Source: Rhodothermales bacterium (GTDB lineage Bacteria > Bacteroidota > Rhodothermia > Rhodothermales > BA12). Taken from it: a stretch of DNA of 64,000 nt. Every line of letters begins with the position of its first letter. The first letter of the stretch is position 1. Shown in pieces: positions 45,274 to 53,405 of this stretch. The DNA lies in the NCBI GenBank assembly GCA_014879465.1, contig JACSSA010000109.1, positions 3,891 through 67,890 of the forward strand. Reading direction: 5' to 3'. A model generated the notes under the pieces. That model was not told the origin of the DNA and did no database searches. It saw nothing but the letters and a program-made list of their open reading frames with translations. Both the position numbers and the translations under genes were made by a program.

Positions 45274-45534
45274 ATGGCCGACTTCGCCAAGCTCTTTGAA
45301 GGCCCGACCCACGGGCAGACCCTCGTCAAGCTCGACCGCAGCGCCGAAAGCGGCGACCCCGAAGTGCGCGTGTACGTCAGCCCTGACGGGTTCGGGGTGT
45401 GCTCTTCCGCTTTGGTCTTCCACGACACCGAGGAAGGCTGGGACGCTGCCGAATGCGCCTTCGCCCTCCTCGACGCGGAAGGGGCGCTCATTATGGCCCG
45501 CGAGGTCTTCAAAGGAGCAAAGCTCTGCCTCTGA
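45274..45534 (+). CDS. Hypothetical early protein
   Basis: 86 aa, ATG at 45274 inside track ORF 44839-45534. Confidence 0.5.
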   Translation: MADFAKLFEGPTHGQTLVKLDRSAESGDPEVRVYVSPDGFGVCSSALVFHDTEEGWDAAECAFALLDAEGALIMAREVFKGAKLCL

Positions 45535-45536
45535 CC

Positions 45537-45998
45537 ATGGCCAGCACCGTCACCCGCCAGCAGGTCATCCGCATCCGCGCCGCCGTCGCCAAGCGGTTCG
45601 GCGCGGATGACGACGCCTACCGCGCCTTCCTGTACACGTCGTTCCCGAGGAAGCACTGGGCCGACTCCGCCCGTCCGTCCACACTGGAACTCACGGCCCG
45701 CGAGGGCGACCAGATCATCCGCGCGCTCTCGGACGGACGGGCCACGCGCCCAAACGCTTCCCGTGGCACCGGCACGCGCACGAAGCAGGGCGACGGCGCG
45801 GGAGCGCACCTCACGGAGAAGCAGGCCCACGCCGTCGACGACCTGATCCGCCGCACCGGCTGGACGCCCGAGCAGGTCACGGCCTTTCTCCGCCGCCAAA
45901 CCGGCAAGCTCACGTTCGTGTCGGCGCTCTCGCGCACCGAGGCCACCAAGGTGATCAGCGGCTTGCAGGCTGTGATTCGTGACCGTCAATCCGCCTGA
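45537..45998 (+). CDS. gemA: GemA/Mu gp16-like (DUF1018) regulatory protein
   Basis: IRIRAAVAKRFGADDDAYRAFL... and a second half LTEKQAHAVDDLIRRTGW...FLRRQTGK...LSRTEATKVISGLQ. Confidence 0.6.
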   Translation: MASTVTRQQVIRIRAAVAKRFGADDDAYRAFLYTSFPRKHWADSARPSTLELTAREGDQIIRALSDGRATRPNASRGTGTRTKQGDGAGAHLTEKQAHAVDDLIRRTGWTPEQVTAFLRRQTGKLTFVSALSRTEATKVISGLQAVIRDRQSA

Positions 45999-46003
45999 CC
46001 GTT

Positions 46004-47659
46004 ATGTCCCGCGCTGGATTTACTTTCGACCCCGAATGGCTCGCCGCTGCCCGCGCCGAGTGGAAGGCCGCGCCGCGTTTCGCCAAGGGGCCAACGCTGG
46101 ACCGGCTGGCCGCACAGGTCGGGTGCAGCCCGCCCACGCTCTACCGCGCCTTTGCGAAGAAGGGTGGCAAGACCAAAACGGTCAAACGGGACAAGGTCAT
46201 TCCCGACTCCGTCATCCTCGAAGGGTTGAAGATCAAGGAGCGGGGCCGCGCCCTCTCGCCCGACGGGCGCGAGTTGCCCACGCGCATCGTACTGGAGAAA
46301 CTTCGCGAGCGCCTGCCTGAAGGCACGCCCATTCCAAGCGTCACCACGTTCAACAGCCGGGGCCAAGAACTCGGCTACCGCGAGCGCCGCCGGTACCGGC
46401 GCCTCGTCGCCGACCACGCGCTTCAGCAGGTGCAATGCGACTGGTCGAGAAGCGAGTACTTCCAGCTCTTCAAGACCGAGCGCAGCGGGCAGGTCATCCT
46501 CCGCGTGTCCGGGCAGCACTACGCCTACAAGGACAACAACCGCGCCCTCCGCACGTGGATCGTCGCCGTCAAGGACGCCTTCTCCGGCCTCTACCACGCC
46601 GAGATGATCACGGCAACGGGCGAGAACTACGTGCAGACGCTCGACTTTCTGCACCGCGCGTGGGACGACGCCGACGAGAGCCGCGCCTTCCGCCACGCGC
46701 CGACCGGGACGCTCCAGATGGACCGGGGGCCTTGCATGAAGGCCGAGGGCTTCAAGGAGGCGATCCGTGCCCTTGGCATCGAGCCGGTGGAGTCGCAAGA
46801 GAAACAGGCCAACGGCAAGATCGAGAACGCCTTCCGGCAGATCTGGCGGTCGTTCGAACTCGACCTCGCCGAAGAGTTGGGGCAGGGGCAGACGCTTACC
46901 ATGGCCGACTACAACGCGCTGCTCCGACGCTTCTGCATCGAGGAGGGCGAGCAGCGGCCCCACGCTACCCTGCGCGGTCTGTCCCGCGCCAACGCCTACC
47001 GCGCCAGCCTGCGCCAGCATCCGCCCCGCGTGCTGGAGTCCGCCGAAGACCTGTTCCGCCTCGCCTTCACCGTCACGCGGCGCACCATCGACCAGCACGG
47101 CTTCGTCTCCTTGGGCGGCGTGGCCTACCGCACGCCCGAGCACGTGGCCGGAGACGACGGGCGGCGCGTCTCGCTGGCCCCCGGCACCGAACTCGACGTG
47201 ATGCGCAACCTTCACGGGCAGGTCGTGGCGCGCCTCGCGGATCGTTACTCCGAGGTCTTCGCCCTCGACGCTGCCGAGGCCACCGTGCTCGGCACCTACA
47301 CCGGCGGCAGCAGCGCCACGCTCCAGCAGCGCCTTCGCGAGGACGTGGACGTGCGTCTTCCCGGCAGCGAAGCGCTCGCCCGCCAGTTCGATACCGACGC
47401 GCCGCGCCCGCGCATTCTTCCGCACGACGCTGCGCCGCTCGTGCCCGTGACGCCCTTCGAGGCCGCACCCGCGCCGCAACCGGCGGGCCTGAGCGAAACC
47501 GACGCCCGCACGTGGCTGGGCCGTCGCCTCGCGCCGCACGGCCTCACGCTCGCTCACCTGCCCGCCCGCACCTACGCGGGCCTCACCCCTGCCGCGCTGG
47601 AGGCCGTCGTGGCCGACGCGCTCCGGCAGATCCCGCCCGCCGCCAAGACGGGCTCCTGA
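46004..47659 (+). CDS. DDE transposase (MuA/retroviral-integrase superfamily)
   Basis: N-terminal HTH LDRLAAQVGCSPPTLYRAF. Catalytic candidates D in QCDWS, D in QMDRGP and E in GKIENAF, with about 35-aa D-E spacing. Confidence 0.85.
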   Translation: MSRAGFTFDPEWLAAARAEWKAAPRFAKGPTLDRLAAQVGCSPPTLYRAFAKKGGKTKTVKRDKVIPDSVILEGLKIKERGRALSPDGRELPTRIVLEKLRERLPEGTPIPSVTTFNSRGQELGYRERRRYRRLVADHALQQVQCDWSRSEYFQLFKTERSGQVILRVSGQHYAYKDNNRALRTWIVAVKDAFSGLYHAEMITATGENYVQTLDFLHRAWDDADESRAFRHAPTGTLQMDRGPCMKAEGFKEAIRALGIEPVESQEKQANGKIENAFRQIWRSFELDLAEELGQGQTLTMADYNALLRRFCIEEGEQRPHATLRGLSRANAYRASLRQHPPRVLESAEDLFRLAFTVTRRTIDQHGFVSLGGVAYRTPEHVAGDDGRRVSLAPGTELDVMRNLHGQVVARLADRYSEVFALDAAEATVLGTYTGGSSATLQQRLREDVDVRLPGSEALARQFDTDAPRPRILPHDAAPLVPVTPFEAAPAPQPAGLSETDARTWLGRRLAPHGLTLAHLPARTYAGLTPAALEAVVADALRQIPPAAKTGS

Positions 47660-47729
47660 CCCAACCGGGGGCAGTGCCGTGATCCAGACGGCACCGCCCC
47701 CTCTCTGTCCACCCAAGCCCCTGCAACCC

Positions 47730-48677
47730 ATGCAGATCAAGTCCCACCTGCTGCGGCACTTCGGTGTCCAGCCGGGCGCAATCTACGCCGACAACACGTC
47801 GGACGTAATCGTCCACGAGTTGGCCGAAGGCATCCGCGCCAAGGGCCTCATCGCGCTCACCGGCAAGTCCGGCTCCGGCAAGACCTTCCTGCTGCGCCAA
47901 GCGCTCGACCGCCTCGACGGGGCCGTGAGCGTGGTGCGCGTGGCGGACATGTCGCCGCGCCGCGCCGAACTTCCGAGCGTGCTGTCGGCCATCGCGTACG
48001 ACCTGTCGAACGAAACGCCCAAGCACACGATGGAGGCCCGGAGCCGCCAAGCGCTGCGGCTCATGCACCAGCACACCGTGCTCCAGCAGCGCCCGGTCGT
48101 GATCGTCGTGGAGGACGCGCACCGCTTCCACGCCGCCAGCCTGAACGAACTGAAGCTGCTCCGCGAAGGCACCTACGCCAACCACTCCCACCTGTGCGGC
48201 ATCGTGCTGCTCGGCTGGGCCGAACTGGAGGGCAAGATCAAGCACCACACCGCCGTACGGCTGCGCACCGAGGTCGTCTCCCTCGACCGAACGGATGGCT
48301 ACATGGGGCACGAGCAGCGCGTGGCCTACCTCGACGCGCTTTACGGCTACGCGCTCACGGGCGGCGTCCGGGAGATCCTCGCGGCTCGGTGCGAAACGCC
48401 CGAGGAGATGAACGGAGCCGTTGCCGATGCGATGCAGCGGGCCTACTACGCGGGCCTGCACGGAGTAGACGAAACCATCGTGCCGCCCACGTCCGAGCAG
48501 GCCAGCGGCAACGGCATCAGCCAGCGCCAGATCGCCAAGGCCAGTGGCCTCAGCCCCGCCACGGTCAACCGCGTGCTCAACGGCGGCGGCTCGCCCGATC
48601 AGCGTCAAAAGGTTGCCGATGCCTATCAGCACCTCGGTGCCCCGGCGGGTCTGTCCCTCATCACCAAAGCCGCCTGA
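47730..48677 (+). CDS. MuB/TniB-like AAA+ transposition ATPase with C-terminal HTH
   Basis: Walker A GKSGSGKT, Walker B VVIVVEDAH, C-terminal ISQRQIAKASGLSPATVNRVLNG. Confidence 0.8.
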   Translation: MQIKSHLLRHFGVQPGAIYADNTSDVIVHELAEGIRAKGLIALTGKSGSGKTFLLRQALDRLDGAVSVVRVADMSPRRAELPSVLSAIAYDLSNETPKHTMEARSRQALRLMHQHTVLQQRPVVIVVEDAHRFHAASLNELKLLREGTYANHSHLCGIVLLGWAELEGKIKHHTAVRLRTEVVSLDRTDGYMGHEQRVAYLDALYGYALTGGVREILAARCETPEEMNGAVADAMQRAYYAGLHGVDETIVPPTSEQASGNGISQRQIAKASGLSPATVNRVLNGGGSPDQRQKVADAYQHLGAPAGLSLITKAA

Positions 48678-48682
48678 TCGCC

Positions 48683-48907
48683 ATGGCCATTCCCCAACCG
48701 GGCACGCCCGACCACAACGCGCTGCTGCTGCGCTTCCGGCACGCTTCGCGCATCCGACCGCGACGCGGCGACACGCTCACGTTCGAGCGCTTCGCCCTCA
48801 ACCCAGACGCCCACGAGGCCAGCGCCCGCGCCCGCATCGCCAACTGGTGGACGTTGCCGCCCCAATCGCCCCGAACGCCGCGCGCTCCGCGCCTCGTCCT
48901 CAACTAA
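48683..48907 (+). CDS. Hypothetical 74-aa protein
   Basis: ATG at 48683 inside track ORF 48194-48907, fitting the operon spacing. Confidence 0.4.
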   Translation: MAIPQPGTPDHNALLLRFRHASRIRPRRGDTLTFERFALNPDAHEASARARIANWWTLPPQSPRTPRAPRLVLN

Positions 48908-48926
48908 CCCCTTTTCCGCCCCTTCC

Positions 48927-49481
48927 ATGTCCAACACCGCTGTTTCCGACGCCCTCGCGGCTACCGACCACGCCCTCGACCGCCTCGCCTCCGAGCCGGT
49001 CATCACGTCCCTTTCCGATCTGGATGCCGCGCTCGGCAAGCTGAGCCGACTCAAGGCAGGGATCGACCAGATCACGGCGGAAATGAACGCGCAGATCGCC
49101 GCCGTCCAGACCCGGTACCAGAAGAAGCTCCTGCCGAAGCAGGAGGAGTTCGGCACGCTCGAACGTGTCGTTACCGCCTTCGCGCTCGCCAACGAAGCCG
49201 CGCTGCTTCAAGGGCAGAAGGGCAGCACGGCCACCCGCCCGGCAGGCAAACTCGCGTTCCGAGAGGGACGCGCCAGCGTCCAGATCGACATCGAGGAGTG
49301 CGACGCTGTGGCGGCACTCCGAGACGCCGGATTCGGCGAGTACGTCCGCACCGCCGAGACCGTGGACAAGGCCGCGCTGCTCCTCTGGCCCGGCGCGTCC
49401 GACGTACTCGACGCCATCCCCGGCATCGCCATCGTCCGCCCGGCGCGAACCGTCGCCGTCAAGCTCAACGCCGCCGCCTGA
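48927..49481 (+). CDS. gam: Gam-like host-nuclease inhibitor
   Basis: N-terminal coiled segment ...KAGIDQITAEMNAQIAAVQTRYQKKL... followed by ...GKLAFREG...V.I. 184 aa. Confidence 0.7.
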   Translation: MSNTAVSDALAATDHALDRLASEPVITSLSDLDAALGKLSRLKAGIDQITAEMNAQIAAVQTRYQKKLLPKQEEFGTLERVVTAFALANEAALLQGQKGSTATRPAGKLAFREGRASVQIDIEECDAVAALRDAGFGEYVRTAETVDKAALLLWPGASDVLDAIPGIAIVRPARTVAVKLNAAA

Positions 49482-49909
49482 TGGACGCCACCACCCTTCC
49501 TCCGGCTACGCCGGGCATCACCGAGTGGGTGCCCGGCCTCGTCGTGTCCGACCCAGCCACCCGCGACGGCGTGCCGATGATCGTGGACTCTCGGTACAGC
49601 GTCTCGGACTTGCTGCGGTATCTCGGCGGCGAGATGGAACGGGACGAGGTGTGCGACCTGATCGGCATCACCGACGACCAGCTGCGGGAGATCCTGCGCT
49701 GGGTGGCCAGCGTCGTCCACGACCAAGGCAAGCCGACGCCCGCCCGCTATGTGAGCGGCCTTCGCCGCCAAGCGCTGGCCCTTGCCGACGTGTGGAACGG
49801 GATGCTGCGCCAGCCTCACAACTCGCGTCTCTACCGTGCTGCTGCTCGGCTCGACGAGGTCGCCCCTGATCTCGTCGCGGCCATCCGGCGCGTCATCAAC
49901 CACGCATAG
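49481..49909 (+). CDS. DUF433-like protein
   Basis: DPATRDGVPMIVDSRYSVSDLLRYLGGEMERDEVCDLIGITDDQLREILRW resembles the DUF433 core. Confidence 0.45.
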   Translation: MDATTLPPATPGITEWVPGLVVSDPATRDGVPMIVDSRYSVSDLLRYLGGEMERDEVCDLIGITDDQLREILRWVASVVHDQGKPTPARYVSGLRRQALALADVWNGMLRQPHNSRLYRAAARLDEVAPDLVAAIRRVINHA

Positions 49910-49922
49910 ACCCCTGCTCCCC

Positions 49923-50585
49923 ATGATCATCTGCTGGGACATCGAGACCTGTCCGCTGGCGGTGGAGACCTTCTCCGACCGCCAGCGCCGCCGGCACAAC
50001 CTGCTCCTCGACGCCGAGCGGGCCAAAGCCCCGAACGCTCCGCTGGAAGACCTCAGCCGTCGGGTGCGGAGCCTTCACCCCGCCCTCGGCTGGATTTGCT
50101 GCATCGCCGCTCAGCGCATGGACAGATACACCGGCGAACTTTTCCCCCCGAAGGCGTGGACAGCCGCGACGCCCGCAGACGAGGAGGCCATGCTGCTCGC
50201 CTTCTGGAAGGACATCCGGCAGTTCAGTGGGATGGAAACGTGGGTGACGTTCAACGGCAAGGGCTTCGACGTGGAATGGCTTGTCACACGCTCGCTGCAT
50301 CACCGCATCCAAGTCTCGAACAACCGGATGCTCCAGCGCAACCCCTACTCGAACGAAGGCCACGTAGACCTCGCGGGTCTCTGGAAGAAAGGCATGGGCC
50401 TCGCCGACGTGTGCGACCTGCTGGGCGTCGCCTCGCCCAAGACGGCCCTCGACGGGGGAGGCGTGGCCGAGGCTGTGGCGAGCGGACGCATCGCGGACGT
50501 GGCCACGTACTGCATGGCAGACGTGACGGCCACGCTCGAATGCTACCTCATCGCCCACCAGTTCGCTTCTCCCGCCTTCCGCTGA
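49923..50585 (+). CDS. 3'-5' exonuclease, PolB-exonuclease-domain-like (RNase H fold)
   Basis: WDIET (Exo I), TFNGKGFD (Exo II) and YCMADV (Exo III). Confidence 0.7.
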   Translation: MIICWDIETCPLAVETFSDRQRRRHNLLLDAERAKAPNAPLEDLSRRVRSLHPALGWICCIAAQRMDRYTGELFPPKAWTAATPADEEAMLLAFWKDIRQFSGMETWVTFNGKGFDVEWLVTRSLHHRIQVSNNRMLQRNPYSNEGHVDLAGLWKKGMGLADVCDLLGVASPKTALDGGGVAEAVASGRIADVATYCMADVTATLECYLIAHQFASPAFR

Positions 50586-50590
50586 TCCCC

Positions 50591-51001
50591 ATGGACTACC
50601 TCATCAACCACGAAGAGCGCGACCCCGACGCTGACTATCCAGAGTGCTCCATCTGCGGAAACGATCTGTTCTGGGAGCACTGCGACCAATGCAGCGGTGA
50701 GGGCGTCTCGCACCACGATTGCGGAGAAGACATCTGCTGCTGCCGCTACCCGAAGGCTAACGTCCGCTGCTGGCAGTGCGGGGGCAAGGGTGGATGGTGG
50801 CTATGCCTCAGATGCCACGCATCGGCCATCGGACGCACCCGTGTGACCCTGAAAGGCACGACGGGCGAGGGCGAATCCTACACGCTCAGCGTGTCTCTCG
50901 GCCAGAACCCGACCGATGAGACCGTCCGTGCCCTTCACACCATCGCTGAGGTAGTTGCTGCTGCCGCGAAGCGGGGGCTACTCACGGACCCTGACGCCTG
51001 A
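50591..51001 (+). CDS. Cys-rich protein with DnaJ CR-type zinc-finger motifs
   Basis: Two CxxCxGxG motifs (CDQCSGEG, CWQCGGKG) plus CSICGN and CLRCH. Confidence 0.55.
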   Translation: MDYLINHEERDPDADYPECSICGNDLFWEHCDQCSGEGVSHHDCGEDICCCRYPKANVRCWQCGGKGGWWLCLRCHASAIGRTRVTLKGTTGEGESYTLSVSLGQNPTDETVRALHTIAEVVAAAAKRGLLTDPDA

Positions 51002-51006
51002 CCGCT

Positions 51007-51225
51007 ATGGGCACGTACCATCAAGATCACAGGGGTGGCCGGGTGACGGTCAAGCGCGAGGAGTATAGCATCTCGTGGCGCACCGGCGTGCGCCGGTACG
51101 ACGGTTGGAGGCTGGCGGTCGAATACCCCGACGGCAAATCCCGGAAAGGTGCGCGGTACGCTACGTTCGTCAGAGCCATGTCCGCCGGTCTCCAATCGCT
51201 GAACGACTGGCGTCCGGTTTCGTGA
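51007..51225 (+). CDS. Hypothetical 72-aa protein
   Basis: ORF 6 nt after the previous stop, followed by a terminator. Confidence 0.45.
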   Translation: MGTYHQDHRGGRVTVKREEYSISWRTGVRRYDGWRLAVEYPDGKSRKGARYATFVRAMSAGLQSLNDWRPVS

Positions 51226-51248
51226 GCGTCCGTCCGGCTGCTCCTGAG

Positions 51249-51287
51249 CAAGGGTGTCGAGGGTGATCCTCGGCACCCTTGTTTGTT
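51249..51287 (+). terminator. Rho-independent terminator between the early genes and the Ogr-like gene
   Basis: Stem caagggtgtcgagg / cctcggcacccttg (14 bp with 1 mismatch), loop gtgat, followed by TTTGTT. Confidence 0.6.
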
Positions 51288-51400
51288 ACCGCACGCTGGA
51301 CGCCGTACCTTGCAGCCGAACGCCAACCGCACCCCACTCCGTTTCCTTTCATCGTCGTAGTGGCTTGCGGTCACGACCCGACGGGCATCCGCGTGCTCGT

Positions 51401-51595
51401 ATGCTCGACTCCGAGCGTTCAAACTCCACGTCCAACGCCGAGCTGCGAGGTTTTGCCTGCCCCGAGTGCGGCAGCGGAAGCCGCGTCTCCCAAACGCGCA
51501 GTCTCGGCAGCGTGGTGGTCCGCGAGCGCGTGTGCCGCAACCCCGCCTGTCGTCACGTCTTCGACACCCGCGAGATCGCCGCCCGCGTCCCATGA
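51401..51595 (+). CDS. Ogr/Delta-like zinc-finger transcription activator candidate
   Basis: FACPECGSGSRVSQTRSL...RERVCRNPACRHVFDT matches the CPxC...(R)TSR...C.N..C..F pattern of P2 Ogr. 64 aa from the ATG at 51401. Confidence 0.6.
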   Translation: MLDSERSNSTSNAELRGFACPECGSGSRVSQTRSLGSVVVRERVCRNPACRHVFDTREIAARVP

Positions 51596-53079
51596 ACCTC
51601 TTGGCCCTCATCGCGGCGCTGGAGGCCCACGTGGACCAGCTGCTCGCCTCCATCGTCGCTGCCGACGCCAACGCCGCCCGGCTCGCCGCTCTGCGCCGCG
51701 CCGCCAGCAAAGCCCTGATCGATCAACTCGACGCGATCGACCCCGGCGACCTTGCGCAGCTCAGCCGCCGCGAACTGGAGCAGTTGGTGATCGACACCCT
51801 GCGCCCCACCCTCGACGGGTTCCGGGCGGATCAAGCCTCGCTGCTCACCGAACGCACGGTCGATCTGGTCACACGCACCCGCGATTTCTACGACGGGCAG
51901 GGCCTCGACACAGCGGGCATCGCCGAACGCGCCCGCCGGACTGAAGACGCCCAGAAGATCGGGCAGTTGCTTCGCCGCCGTGGCGACGATGGCGCAGACA
52001 CGCTACACCGGCACATCTCCGACACCCTCAGCGATGCCATCCGGCGTGGCCACGTGGACACCCGCGCCATCGCCGAAGAGGTCGAGACGAGAGCCGAGCA
52101 GTTTGCCCAGCACGCCTTTGTCGAGACGCAGGCCGCCGTCTCCGCCTACAACCAACTCTACCGCAACGAACTGGCGGACGAGGCCGGGCTGACCCACTTC
52201 CTGTACTTCGGCAGCACCAGCGCCAACACACGCCCGTTTTGCCGCGCCCACCTCGACCGCGTCTTCTCGCTGGAGCAGATCGACCAGATGGACAACGGGA
52301 TGCTCAACCCCGTGCGCATCTACAAAGGCGGCTATAGGTGCCGCCACTCGTGGCTTCCTGTAGACCCGGAATGGGACGAAGACCTGCGCCAGCGCACAAC
52401 GCCCGCCGACATTGGCCCGCACGTAGTTACCCTCGGCAAAGAGGGCGACCGCACCATCACGATTATCCCATCTGAAGCGTACCGCGCTCGACTCTCACGC
52501 CAGAAAGAACTTCGTGCCGATGGCTACACCCAGTTCATCGATGCTCCAGACGAGAGAGGCTTTGTCGCCAAACACAAAACCCACATCGATGCCGTGGCCG
52601 ATGCCGTAGACCAGAATCAGGAAAAAGTACTCGACGCTCTCAGGCGCTCTGAGAGGGCGGCAAAACCCCTCAGTCAACTCGGATACGAGGTGCGGTTGGA
52701 CCGGCGGGTCAAGAATCGCAAAGCCAAGCCGGACACGCCCGACGGTGAAGCCGACGTGGATCTGATCGTCACCGGCGGGCCATTCCCCAAAGACAGCCAC
52801 GTCGAGGCGAAGCAGCCCGACAGCTTTAGTCGCCGTGCTTTCGAGCGCGTGCTGAGCGAGAGCAAAGGGGACAGCGGTGTCTACCAGAGCTTCGACTACG
52901 TAATCAATCTCGTACAGGAGATGCCAGATGAAACCTATGCGCGTGCACTCGGTGGAGCACTGTCGTGGCTGCGGCGGCGAGCGGAGGAAGAACCCGGAGC
53001 GCCGTATCGCGTTTTCATCCTTCACTCTTACACCGCCCCGCATCTGGAGCAGGTCCAATGGCCACCCCGCAAATCTTAG
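51592..53079 (+). CDS. MuF-family minor head protein fused to a C-terminal PD-(D/E)xK nuclease-like toxin-type domain
   Basis: MuF core TRPFCRAHLD...GGYRCRHSWLPV lies at aa 213-256. The C-terminal extension contains LGYEVRL...KPDTPDGEADVDLIV...HVEAKQP...YVINL. Confidence 0.7.
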   Translation: MNLLALIAALEAHVDQLLASIVAADANAARLAALRRAASKALIDQLDAIDPGDLAQLSRRELEQLVIDTLRPTLDGFRADQASLLTERTVDLVTRTRDFYDGQGLDTAGIAERARRTEDAQKIGQLLRRRGDDGADTLHRHISDTLSDAIRRGHVDTRAIAEEVETRAEQFAQHAFVETQAAVSAYNQLYRNELADEAGLTHFLYFGSTSANTRPFCRAHLDRVFSLEQIDQMDNGMLNPVRIYKGGYRCRHSWLPVDPEWDEDLRQRTTPADIGPHVVTLGKEGDRTITIIPSEAYRARLSRQKELRADGYTQFIDAPDERGFVAKHKTHIDAVADAVDQNQEKVLDALRRSERAAKPLSQLGYEVRLDRRVKNRKAKPDTPDGEADVDLIVTGGPFPKDSHVEAKQPDSFSRRAFERVLSESKGDSGVYQSFDYVINLVQEMPDETYARALGGALSWLRRRAEEEPGAPYRVFILHSYTAPHLEQVQWPPRKS

Positions 53080-53258
53080 CCGACCTTCTGGAGGATGTCG
53101 ATTACGACCAGTCCGGCTACACGGAGCAGGATCGGTGTGCCGTCTATGGCTACGCGAAGGCGCTATTCGACCTCCGCCACATCGACGTGGACCAACTGGA
53201 CGACGTGCGCAAAAAACTCGGGCTTTCGGTCGCTGCCGTTGACGAGTTGAAGGTCTAA
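53058..53258 (+). CDS. Small acidic protein, candidate immunity protein
   Basis: ATG at 53058 overlaps the MuF-toxin gene end by 22 nt. 66 aa, MATPQILADLLEDVDYDQSGYTEQDR... Last gene before the phage end. Confidence 0.45.
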   Translation: MATPQILADLLEDVDYDQSGYTEQDRCAVYGYAKALFDLRHIDVDQLDDVRKKLGLSVAAVDELKV

Positions 53259-53364
53259 CGCGCAGTTTCCGACGCAGGAACGCGCAGAACTGCTCAACGG
53301 CGCACACGGCACAGAGACGCACGCAGGGAGGAAATCGCTGAATACGGGCCAGATTCGCCCACCA

Positions 53365-53379
53365 TTTCTTTCAGTTCAG
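53365..53379. repeat. Right subterminal inverted repeat TTTCTTTCAGTTCAG
   Basis: Reverse complement of 22568-22582. It ends 26 nt from the proposed right terminus (53405). Confidence 0.9.
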
Positions 53380-53405
53380 CCCCTCTCATCTCTCACCTCC
53401 CCTCA

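Larger units (their letters stand above)
22542..53405. mobile_element. Mu-like transposable prophage, siphovirus-type tail, 30,864 bp
   Basis: Termini TGA...TCA, 15-bp inverted repeats 26 bp inside each end, a flanking CGT direct repeat, and a disrupted host ORF restored by deletion. Content includes DDE transposase plus AAA+ partner, Gam, GemA, gpI, DUF935-type portal, terminase and tape measure. Confidence 0.85.

Noticed and set aside
53380-53405. Treating the 15-bp inverted repeats themselves (22568 / 53379) as the prophage termini.
   Set aside because: With those boundaries the 26 nt outside the right repeat would be host coding sequence, yet they contain stops in all three minus-strand frames. 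The rejoined gene would also be out of frame. Termini 26 nt further out restore the frame.
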